The notes under the pieces: model-generated
What the model saw: the letters and a program-made list of their open reading frames with translations, nothing else
Told to the model about the DNA's origin: nothing
Database searches by the model: none
Origin: Cyanobacteria bacterium P01_F01_bin.150
Lineage (GTDB): Bacteria > Cyanobacteriota > Cyanobacteriia > CAKZMO01
Length of the DNA stretch: 64,000 nt
Direction: 5' to 3'
Assembly: GCA_039189765.1 (NCBI GenBank)
Contig: JBCCYL010000015.1
Location: forward strand, 34,505-98,504
Program-made: the position numbers and the translations under genes
Shown here: piece by piece, positions 55,560 to 64,000 of the stretch
How positions within the stretch are numbered: position 1 is the stretch's first letter
How the letters are laid out: each line of letters begins with the position of its first letter

Positions 55560-56261
55560 AACTAAGCTGGAACTGTACTAATCCGTTATAACGCATGCGG
55601 TGCCGTGCAGGTTCACACGACTTAAACACAAATAAGTGAGGGAGTTGAATGATTCAAGCTCGTCGTTTTAGCTTCGAAGAATAAGACCTAGGTCTTATAA
55701 AAATAGCTATTACCATAGAGTCTACGCCAATATTCAGACATTCGAACATACAATATTCAGGAAATACCTTCTCAACGATGATGAGACCCCTCAAAAATAA
55801 TGCTAAATTGGACAGAATTTTGCATCTTCGTGTTGTTAAGAGTCTCTAAATTGGGAACTTAATAAAGTGTAGCTTGATGATGGCTATGCTGAAACCACTG
55901 TTGAAAAAGTGTTTTCCGTCTATTGCTGCCCAGCAAAGCTGAACGTCAATCGATCTGCATAACAAACAAAATTTGCCACTCTCTCATCAATGTGCTTACG
56001 TGAGAGTAGAGTAAGTAAATTCTGTTGGGGACCCATATCATTTCTGTCGGAGATAGCCTCTATATGATTGATAAGTATGATTGATGAGTGAGAAGCTCGT
56101 TAGGGTCCATTACTCTAAGGGTGATGAAACAATTTTTAGGTGGTTAGGGATTAAAGCATCATGTTTAAGACCTGCACATCTATCGTTTGATGTTTCCGCT
56201 TTGTTGCAGCCAAGTAGCTGCTCTTTTTACTGTAAGACTGAAGAACTGAATCCAAACGCCC

Positions 56262-59165
56262 ATGTCAACCCTCGTCATTGTTGAATCTCCAACCAAAGCA
56301 AAAACAATTCGTGGTTATTTGCCCAGTGGCTATCATGTTGAGGCATCGATGGGCCATGTGCGTGATTTACCTGGCTCAGCAACCGACATTCCTGCTTCTG
56401 TCAAAGGTGAGGAGTGGGCCAAGCTAGGGGTCAACATTGATTCTAATTTTGAACCTATTTATATTGTTCCCAAAGATAAGAAAAAGGTTGTGAAGGGTCT
56501 TAAAGATGCCCTTGCCACAGCCGATGAGTTGGTTCTAGCGACAGACGAAGATCGAGAAGGCGAGAGTATTAGCTGGCATCTCCTTCAGGTTCTGAAACCT
56601 AAAGTGCCGACCAAACGTATGGTCTTTCACGAAATTACCGAAGAAGCGATTCAAGATGCGTTGAGTAATTGTCGTGATATTGATGAACAGCTAGTCCACG
56701 CCCAGGAAACTCGCCGTATTCTGGATCGATTAGTTGGGTATCCATTGTCGAGCCTGCTGTGGGAGAAAATTTCTTATCATTTGTCAGCCGGTAGAGTGCA
56801 GTCTGTATCCGTTCGCCTATTGGTCAGACGAGAGAGGGAGCGTCGAGCTTTTAGAAAAGGTAGTTATTGGGATTTGAAGGCTCAGCTACTTCATGGAGAG
56901 GCATCATCCTTTGATGCCAAGCTCGTAGCTTTAGATGGGGTACGGTTAGCAACAGGAAATGATTTTGATGAAACGACGGGGCAAATTACGGTTGGTCGCA
57001 ACGTTGTGTTGCTGGATGAAGCAAGGGCGCGATCGCTTCAGCAGGATCTCACATCCCAACCCTGGTCGGTCAGTAGCTTAGAGGAGCGAGCATCTAATCG
57101 AAAACCATCTCCACCCTTTACCACCTCAACCCTACAGCAGGAAGCCAACCGCAAGCTAAAACTGTCAGCCCGAGACACAATGCGGACCGCCCAGGGGCTT
57201 TATGAGAGAGGCTTTATTACCTACATGAGAACGGATTCGGTGCATCTATCGAATCAAGCGATCGCGGCTGCTCGTACCTGTGTGGAAGATAAGTATGGTC
57301 CTGAATATCTAAGCCCTAAACCCCGTCAATACTCCACTAAATCAAAGGGTGCTCAGGAAGCTCACGAGGCAATTCGCCCTTCAGGCAGCAGCTTCCGTAC
57401 TCCAAATGAAACGGGATTAAGTGGTCGTGACCTACAGCTTTATGAATTGATTTGGAAGCGAACAGTGGCATGTCAAATGGCGGAAGCTCGTCAAACCCAC
57501 ATCACGGCAAAGCTTCAAGTTGATAATGCAGAGTTTAGGGCGACGGGAAAGCGGATTGATTTTCCTGGATTTTTCCGGGCCTATGTCGAAGGGTCCGATG
57601 ATCCCGACGCCGCTTTAGAAAACAAAGAAGTAATCTTACCGGATTTGAAAGTAGGCGATGCCGTAAACTGTCAAGACTTAAATGCTGTTGGACACGAAAC
57701 CCAGCCTCCAGCTCGGTATACAGAAGCGTCTCTAGTAAAAATGCTGGAAGGTGAGGGGATTGGTCGTCCCAGTACCTACGCGAGTATCATCGGCACATTG
57801 GTTAAGCGTAACTATGCTCAGTTAAACAACAACACCCTTATTCCGACCTTCCTTGCCTTTGCAGTTACTGGTTTACTTGAGGAGTATTTCCCTGATTTAG
57901 TTGATACTGGTTTCACTGCGAAGATGGAGCGGACCCTGGATGATATCGCGACTGGGGAAGTCGATTGGCTCCCCTATCTCAAAGAATTTTTCTTAGGAGA
58001 TACCGGACTAAATACGCAGATTAAAGAGCGAAAAAGTCAAATTGATCCGGATAAGGCTCGTACCCTACATCTAGAAGGAATTGATGTGCCAATTCGGGTC
58101 GGGCGATATGGTGCCTACCTGGAGGTGGAGCAAGACGGAAAAATGGTCAAGGCGTCTATTCCCGATATGCTGACGCCCGCAGACTTTGACCAAGAACAAG
58201 TTGACGTTTTAATTCGCAGAAAGCTAGAAGGGCCAAGGGTTGTTGGCATTCACTCTAAGCTTCAGCAGCCTATTTATGCGCTTAGTGGCCGATTTGGCCC
58301 CTATTTACAATTGGGAGATAAGACCGAAGATAACCCCAAGCCCAAAACGGCTTCATTTATGAAGGGGATGGAACTAGAAACAATTACGTTGGAAGAAGCG
58401 GAGCAATTGTTATCGATCCCCCGTAATTTGGGTGAACATCCTGAGTTAGGAGGCATTATTGAGGCACGTCGAGGCCGTGGTGGGCCTTATATCGCCCACA
58501 TTTTGGGAAATGAGGAAGATACTCGCTCTCTTAAGAAAGAAGATAATGTCCTTACGGTTACCCTAGAGCGGGCATTGGAACTGTTGGCTATTCCAAAGAA
58601 AAGTCGTCGTCGAAAGGCTGCAACGCCTTTACGTGAGCTTGGGCCTCATCCCGACGATGAAAAGCTAGTCGCGATTTACGACGGTCCGTTTGGAAAATAT
58701 GTCAAGCACGGTCGAACAAATGCATCCCTTCCAGAGAAGGAAACGGTGGAGTCCATGACTATGGATTTAGCGATTGAACTGCTGGCAGCAAAAGCAGGGA
58801 CTAAAACCAAGAAGAAAACCACTAAAGCTAAATCGACCAAGGCAAAATCGACTAAAGCGAAAACCACAGCCAAAAAATCGACTAAAGCGAAATCAACCAA
58901 AACGAAGGCAGGCTCCAAGACAACTAAAACCACGACCAAAAAGGCGGCTGCTAAAAAGGCCACCAGCCAGTCTGAAGGCAATGATAAAGCTGACACTACC
59001 GATAAAATATCATCAAAATCCCAATCAAAATCCCAAAAAGGAGATGTGCTTGAAGTCGTTGCAGTCAAATCTAAGGCGAGTCAGACAAACGCTGCTGCCA
59101 AAACATCCACAAAGCGAACCACTAAAAAAAGCGGTGCATCATCTACGTCTGCGAAAGCCAGCTAA
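56262..59165 (+). CDS. topA: DNA topoisomerase I with Toprim_C repeats and Lys-rich tail
   Basis: LVIVESPTKAKTI, ATDEDREGE, SAGRVQS, ITYMRTD, GIGRPSTYA. Confidence 0.97.
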   Translation: MSTLVIVESPTKAKTIRGYLPSGYHVEASMGHVRDLPGSATDIPASVKGEEWAKLGVNIDSNFEPIYIVPKDKKKVVKGLKDALATADELVLATDEDREGESISWHLLQVLKPKVPTKRMVFHEITEEAIQDALSNCRDIDEQLVHAQETRRILDRLVGYPLSSLLWEKISYHLSAGRVQSVSVRLLVRRERERRAFRKGSYWDLKAQLLHGEASSFDAKLVALDGVRLATGNDFDETTGQITVGRNVVLLDEARARSLQQDLTSQPWSVSSLEERASNRKPSPPFTTSTLQQEANRKLKLSARDTMRTAQGLYERGFITYMRTDSVHLSNQAIAAARTCVEDKYGPEYLSPKPRQYSTKSKGAQEAHEAIRPSGSSFRTPNETGLSGRDLQLYELIWKRTVACQMAEARQTHITAKLQVDNAEFRATGKRIDFPGFFRAYVEGSDDPDAALENKEVILPDLKVGDAVNCQDLNAVGHETQPPARYTEASLVKMLEGEGIGRPSTYASIIGTLVKRNYAQLNNNTLIPTFLAFAVTGLLEEYFPDLVDTGFTAKMERTLDDIATGEVDWLPYLKEFFLGDTGLNTQIKERKSQIDPDKARTLHLEGIDVPIRVGRYGAYLEVEQDGKMVKASIPDMLTPADFDQEQVDVLIRRKLEGPRVVGIHSKLQQPIYALSGRFGPYLQLGDKTEDNPKPKTASFMKGMELETITLEEAEQLLSIPRNLGEHPELGGIIEARRGRGGPYIAHILGNEEDTRSLKKEDNVLTVTLERALELLAIPKKSRRRKAATPLRELGPHPDDEKLVAIYDGPFGKYVKHGRTNASLPEKETVESMTMDLAIELLAAKAGTKTKKKTTKAKSTKAKSTKAKTTAKKSTKAKSTKTKAGSKTTKTTTKKAAAKKATSQSEGNDKADTTDKISSKSQSKSQKGDVLEVVAVKSKASQTNAAAKTSTKRTTKKSGASSTSAKAS

Positions 59166-59377
59166 TACTGGATCAGCTTTATTTTGAGAGGAAATTTCCT
59201 GCGGGATGTTCCTCTCGATTTATTTTCTGGCAGAACACTAGGAAAAATTCACTTTGGTTCTCTAACCTCGCTGATCTCAGCAAACAACATTAAGGGCGAT
59301 CGGGTTTTGCGATTACTCCCTTAGGATGGAAAATGCACCATCTACATTTTGCAGTTCTGGGATAGAGGAGAACAGCG

Positions 59378-62227
59378 GTGAATCAGCTGAGTATAAAACA
59401 AAGGCTTGGGTTAGGGCTTTTGGCGATCATTGTTCTAACCGTGCTGTTTTTTGGAACGGCTATTCATTTATTGACGGAATGGTGGTGGTTTCAAGCAGTT
59501 GACTTTGTTGGAGTGTTTCAAACCCGCTTAACTTGGCAAATCGTCCTATGGTTGGGGGCTTTCAGCATATATGGTGGATTTTTGTGGCTAAATTATGCGA
59601 TCGCCTCCCGCGTTACCCGCTATCACCACTATATCTTGCTCAACGAGTTAGACCTCCGGGCCTATATTCCCTACGTACCCACGTTACTGCTGACCTCGAT
59701 TTTGGTGTTAAGTATCAATGGTGCTGCCATTGGAGCTATTTCGTGGGACACAATTCTCCAATTTTTCAATCGCACATCGTTTCAATTGGCGGACCCCATC
59801 TATCAGCGCGATGTAGAATTTTATGTCTTCCAACTGCCTTTGTACGAAAAGCTCCATGGATGGCTATTGGGGCTGGTTGTTTGGTCTTTTTTATTAACCC
59901 TGGGCCTATATCTCATCAAAGGCGCAATTGAACCCGATCGGGGTTGGAAATATGCCCTACGAGGGGGAGCTAAAACCCATTTGAGTTTGCTGGTTGTGGC
60001 GCTTGCCCTTCTCATTGCCGCAGGCTTTTGGCTACAGCGATACGAGCTGCTGTATTCCTCTGAAGGAGTGGTGTTCGGAGCAGGATACACGGATGTCCAT
60101 GCCCAAGAGCAGGCTTACTGGTTTATGAGCATTGCGACAGTGGTGCTTGCAGTGCTGTTTGTGTCTTCTCTATGGCGAATTGATTTAGCGGTTCCTCTTT
60201 ACGGCGTTGGCGTTTATTTTGTTGCCTTGATTCTCCTGACTGGCGTTTATCCCAAGTTTCAGCAGCAGTTTGTTGTTGAACCCAACGAGTTGGCAAAGGA
60301 GACACCTTACATTGAGCATAACTTAGAGTTTACCCGTCAGGCGTATGGGTTACAGGATGTAGAACGGCAACGCTATCCTGCCGAAACCCAACTTGATCGG
60401 AGCGCTCTGGACCAAAATGCGGCCACGGTGCGCAACATTCGACTATGGGATTATCGTCCCCTGCTGAGCACCTATCGTCAGCTCCAAGAAATTCGTCTTT
60501 ATTATCGATTTAAAGATGTAGATATCGATCGCTACACCCTCGATAACAGCTATCGTCAGGTAATGCTAGCGGCACGGGAGTTAGACTACAGCCGTGTGTC
60601 AGCGGATGCCCAAAATTGGGTCAATCAACGGCTCAAATATACCCACGGCTATGGATTGGCCATGAGTCCAGTAAATGTGGCGACGCCCCAGGGGTTACCA
60701 AACTTTTTTATTAAAGATATTCCCCCAGTCTCGTCAGTGGATTTAGACGTGACCCAACCCAGCATTTACTATGGCGAAGAGACGGATGACTATATTTTTA
60801 CGGGGATGACCACAGAGGAGTTTGACTATCCCAAAAGTGATGGGAACGCCTTGGTGATGTACGATGGCCGTGGGGGGGTCCCGATCCCTTCTTTTTTACA
60901 TCGGCTAGCCTATGCATATGACTTGGGAAGCCTAAAAATTCTAATTTCCAATTACTTCTCTCCCCAGTCTAAAATTCATTACTACCGTCAGATTCGCCAA
61001 CGGGTTAACCATATTGCGCCATTTCTGGAACTGGATAATGATCCCTATATCACCGTTATTGATGGTCAGCTTAAGTGGATTGTTGATGCCTATACGATGA
61101 GCGATCGCTTCCCTTATTCGCAACCGTTGGCTTGGCGATCAACGGTTAGACAAAATCGGTCTGAAAATGCATCCACAACTCGCTCATTTAACTACATTAG
61201 AAACTCAGTAAAGGTTGTTGTAGATGCCTACGACGGAACCATGGAGTTTTTTGCGGTTGATAATGCGGACCCTGTCTTAAAGGCCTATCAAAAGATCTTT
61301 CCGTCTCTGTTTACTGCTAGTGATGCACTTCCTTCTGACGTTAAAGCTCATTTCCGCTATCCACTTGATTTATTCCAAGCCCAGGCTAAGATTTTTCGGG
61401 CTTACCATATGACCGACCCTGAAGTGTTTTATAACAAGGAGGATCTGTGGAATATCCCCACCGAACAGGTCGAAGACAACACTCAATTAATGGAGCCTTA
61501 CCATGTGATTATGCAGCTTCCAGGAGATGAGCAAGAGGAATTTATCCTCATTCAACCTTTTACCCCCAATAAAAAGGACAATATGATTGCCTGGATGGCA
61601 GCACGGTCGGATGGCGATCGCTATGGTGAGATGGTGCTGTATGAATTCCCTAAGCAAGAACTAGTGTACGGCCCCAGTCAAATTACAGCCCGGATTAATC
61701 AGAATCCAAATATTTCTCCACAGCTTAGTCTTTGGGGACAACGGGGATCGAAAGTGATTCATGGAGATTTACTCGTGATCCCCATAGAGAAATCCTTGCT
61801 ATATGTGGAACCCATCTATCTACGTGCCGAAACGGGTGAATTACCAGAGCTAAAGCGAGTAATTGTCGCCTATGGGGATGAGGTGGTTATGGAAGAAACC
61901 CTAGATAAGGCTCTGCTTAATATCTTTGGCCCGGCGACTCAACAAGCAAGCAATTCTTCCAGCCAAGAAGAACAAACTGTTGTCCTTTCGGATACTCCCT
62001 CAGACGCTCCCTCTGGTAATGATACTTCAGCCACGGAAGCAATATCTACAGAGCTAGAGCGTCCTGACGTTAGCAATCCGGAATTTTCATCGTTGGCAAA
62101 ATCGCTGGCGGATACCTATGAACAAGCTCAAGAGGCATTGCGCCAAGGCGACTGGGATACCTACGGCCAAAAGCAATCCGAGTTGCAGCAGTTAATTCAA
62201 CAATTAAATCAGCAGGCTGGTAATTAG
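59378..62227 (+). CDS. UPF0182 family membrane protein
   Basis: EWWWF, GAGYTDVHA, NIRLWD, YTHGYG, NYIRNSVKVVVDAYDG, LLYVEPIY. Confidence 0.92.
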   Translation: MNQLSIKQRLGLGLLAIIVLTVLFFGTAIHLLTEWWWFQAVDFVGVFQTRLTWQIVLWLGAFSIYGGFLWLNYAIASRVTRYHHYILLNELDLRAYIPYVPTLLLTSILVLSINGAAIGAISWDTILQFFNRTSFQLADPIYQRDVEFYVFQLPLYEKLHGWLLGLVVWSFLLTLGLYLIKGAIEPDRGWKYALRGGAKTHLSLLVVALALLIAAGFWLQRYELLYSSEGVVFGAGYTDVHAQEQAYWFMSIATVVLAVLFVSSLWRIDLAVPLYGVGVYFVALILLTGVYPKFQQQFVVEPNELAKETPYIEHNLEFTRQAYGLQDVERQRYPAETQLDRSALDQNAATVRNIRLWDYRPLLSTYRQLQEIRLYYRFKDVDIDRYTLDNSYRQVMLAARELDYSRVSADAQNWVNQRLKYTHGYGLAMSPVNVATPQGLPNFFIKDIPPVSSVDLDVTQPSIYYGEETDDYIFTGMTTEEFDYPKSDGNALVMYDGRGGVPIPSFLHRLAYAYDLGSLKILISNYFSPQSKIHYYRQIRQRVNHIAPFLELDNDPYITVIDGQLKWIVDAYTMSDRFPYSQPLAWRSTVRQNRSENASTTRSFNYIRNSVKVVVDAYDGTMEFFAVDNADPVLKAYQKIFPSLFTASDALPSDVKAHFRYPLDLFQAQAKIFRAYHMTDPEVFYNKEDLWNIPTEQVEDNTQLMEPYHVIMQLPGDEQEEFILIQPFTPNKKDNMIAWMAARSDGDRYGEMVLYEFPKQELVYGPSQITARINQNPNISPQLSLWGQRGSKVIHGDLLVIPIEKSLLYVEPIYLRAETGELPELKRVIVAYGDEVVMEETLDKALLNIFGPATQQASNSSSQEEQTVVLSDTPSDAPSGNDTSATEAISTELERPDVSNPEFSSLAKSLADTYEQAQEALRQGDWDTYGQKQSELQQLIQQLNQQAGN

Positions 62228-62237
62228 ACGCCTATGC

Positions 62238-62265
62238 CTGGTGGTTCGATGGCATCGACCACCAG
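62238..62265. terminator. Hairpin between convergent genes
   Basis: CTGGTGGTTCGAT-GGC-ATCGACCACCAG, 11 bp after the UPF0182 stop. Confidence 0.5.
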
Positions 62266-62477
62266 ATTAAATTTGCAAATACTGCTCAAACGCTTTCAAT
62301 GTAACGTTTGATCCTTCTAACCAGGCTCGTTCTACGTAGGATGGGATTAGGTCTACGATCGAGGTCAATTCGCTCCTTTCCTAAAACCGCTCCATAATTC
62401 TGAACGTAAAAACAGTGGTCAGGTTCAAGGTCTTTTTCATGCAGCTTTTTAAGTGTAACCGGATCAAAATTGTGTCA

Positions 62478-63107
62478 TTATTCCATTCGTCTTCGATTAT
62501 TGGAGATTCCCACAGGCGACAAACCCGCGATCGCCTTCAAATTTTGGCAGCGCAACAGTTCAGACAAATCCAGAGCCGGACGCCCCTCAATTCTTGCTAC
62601 AGACTCAATTGCCGCCAACAAATGGCGAGCGGCATCTGTTTCACCATACCCCCGCCGTTGAGCCACCTGGATAGCCAATTCATCCGCATCGAGTTCCCGT
62701 TGAGTGCTGCGGTGCGATCGCCAAATTTGACTCGTCCCCATAGCCGCCAACCCAACTGACACCATTATCCCAATTGCATCGCCTTGAGCGAACTCGACCG
62801 CAGCACCCAATAAACCAGCAGCCATTAGACCTCGATAAAGGTCAAACGTAAACCACTGCATTCCTATCACCCAACTGACCGTACGTAATAGTAGTAGGTC
62901 CCGTTGGGATTCAGGTAGCTGATTCCACAAATCCAAATTTAGAGAGACTGGTCGCTTACCTCTTTGCCAAGGTAAAGGCAAAGAGGTTGCAATAACCACC
63001 GACTGTTCAGGACAGTGCATCAGCCGACACAGCATTCGGCCAGAGGCAGGCATAAGCTCCTGCAACCGACCTAATTCAGCTTCCTGATCAGCAATAGGGT
63101 AGACCAT
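62478..63107 (-). CDS. DUF3318 family protein
   Basis: LQELMPASGRM, QRDLLLLRTV.W, ELDADE.A..VAQRRGY, ELLRCQNL. Confidence 0.8.
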   Translation of the reverse strand: MVYPIADQEAELGRLQELMPASGRMLCRLMHCPEQSVVIATSLPLPWQRGKRPVSLNLDLWNQLPESQRDLLLLRTVSWVIGMQWFTFDLYRGLMAAGLLGAAVEFAQGDAIGIMVSVGLAAMGTSQIWRSHRSTQRELDADELAIQVAQRRGYGETDAARHLLAAIESVARIEGRPALDLSELLRCQNLKAIAGLSPVGISNNRRRME

Positions 63108-63155
63108 AATAATGCTTCTGGGTATTTAATCATTTATGAGAGCAAAATTTGAAGC

Positions 63156-63695
63156 CTATTGAGGTAAAGGCTTCAAACTAGCAGGAAGTGTGGCGATCGC
63201 TTCCGCAAATACTTGTTGCCCTGCTTCAGTAGCCGCAAGCATTAACAAAAAGACACTGTCGTCAAACTGACGTACAAAAATAGCACCGGACAAGGGTTGA
63301 GTCTTCCGGGTGGTGACCTGTCCCGTCCATTCAATTTTGATGCCACCCGAATTTAAAGATTGAAAATTATTTGCAGCAAATCCCTCTCCCTGTTGAAAAG
63401 TGACCTGAGCGATTTGTGCAAGGGCTGCATCTGTCAACGTTGAGTTTGATAAGGTCGGGGAAACAATCACACTGTAAGCCACTTCACCATCTGGTGACTC
63501 AAAAATCGATTTTCCGGCGATAAGATGAGCCTTAAAGCCCTCCAAAAGGGCGATCGAATATTGATTATTGGGGTCCGTAAAGGATGGGGACGGGGCAGCA
63601 CTTGACGGCTGAGAGAATGGATCAGTTCCAATCCATAGAACAGAGATGAAGGTGACTAAGAGGAATCCCAAAAACCAACGATACTGGCGTGCCAT
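63156..63695 (-). CDS. Hypothetical secreted protein (PsbP/DcrB-like fold possible)
   Basis: Signal peptide, then FTDPNNQYSI...LTDAALAQIA. Confidence 0.65.
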   Translation of the reverse strand: MARQYRWFLGFLLVTFISVLWIGTDPFSQPSSAAPSPSFTDPNNQYSIALLEGFKAHLIAGKSIFESPDGEVAYSVIVSPTLSNSTLTDAALAQIAQVTFQQGEGFAANNFQSLNSGGIKIEWTGQVTTRKTQPLSGAIFVRQFDDSVFLLMLAATEAGQQVFAEAIATLPASLKPLPQ

Positions 63696-63884
63696 AGTCG
63701 TCTCCCTGAGAGTTAGACTTTTCAAGCATTGACATCTCGAAGTTTATCTCAACTGAAGAGGATTGTAGTAGGCGCTAGTTATGAAGATTCACACAACCGT
63801 CGTGGTTCGTTATCACGCCAAGAGCTAAACCCCGCTGTGAAATACTGTGTCGTCCATTTGCTTTGAAAAAGCCTTTTTAAATGT

Positions 63885-63918
63885 AACGGTGTTGTGGGGG
63901 GCAAGCCCCCCCAACACC
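63885..63918 (+). repeat. Hairpin core related to the MITE-like family
   Basis: AACGGTGTTGTGGGGGGC-AA-GCCCCCCCAACACC, with the same AACGGT entry into a GC stem. Confidence 0.5.
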
Positions 63919-64000
63919 CCTCAAAAGTTTGTACGTTATTTTTTTAAATTTTAAAAAGGATAAAAAAAAAATTACCAAAAATTTGAACACAGAAATGGTA

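Noticed and set aside
58676..59187. Alternative-frame ORFs of 130 and 137 aa over the topA tail
   Set aside because: These are by-products of the low-complexity Lys/Thr/Ala codon repeats.
63920..64000. AT-rich homopolymer stretch at the window end
   Set aside because: Uninformative and possibly low-quality sequence; no feature can be supported.

Overview
Chromosomal window of a cyanobacterium: HIP1 octamers (GCGATCGC) recur throughout, and petB/petD, ctpA, ndhB, ccmK and hetR are present. hetR suggests a filamentous strain. Most of the window is core genes: cysK-type synthase, ptrB, eda, rpsF, glyA, cinA, aroQ, tRNA-Glu, tolC, gcvH/P/T, leuB, radC, a PBP1A-type gene and topA. No transposase, phage or CRISPR array is visible. 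The main unexplained signal is a family of ~80-bp MITE-like elements. There are at least 8 copies, with imperfect 18-bp terminal inverted repeats and, in several copies, 8-10 bp target-site duplications. Their central hairpin changes sequence in both arms together. One copy truncates a gene, and related hairpin cores sit in other repeat frames. The ORF track missed a 48-aa signal-peptide/GSGTR peptide, a 45-aa small protein and a partial MDR dehydrogenase 15 bp after an orphan ccmK. An S6:S18-like rpsF leader is also present, and a membrane-anchored C39 peptidase lies convergent with hetR. All calls are by eye, without database searches.
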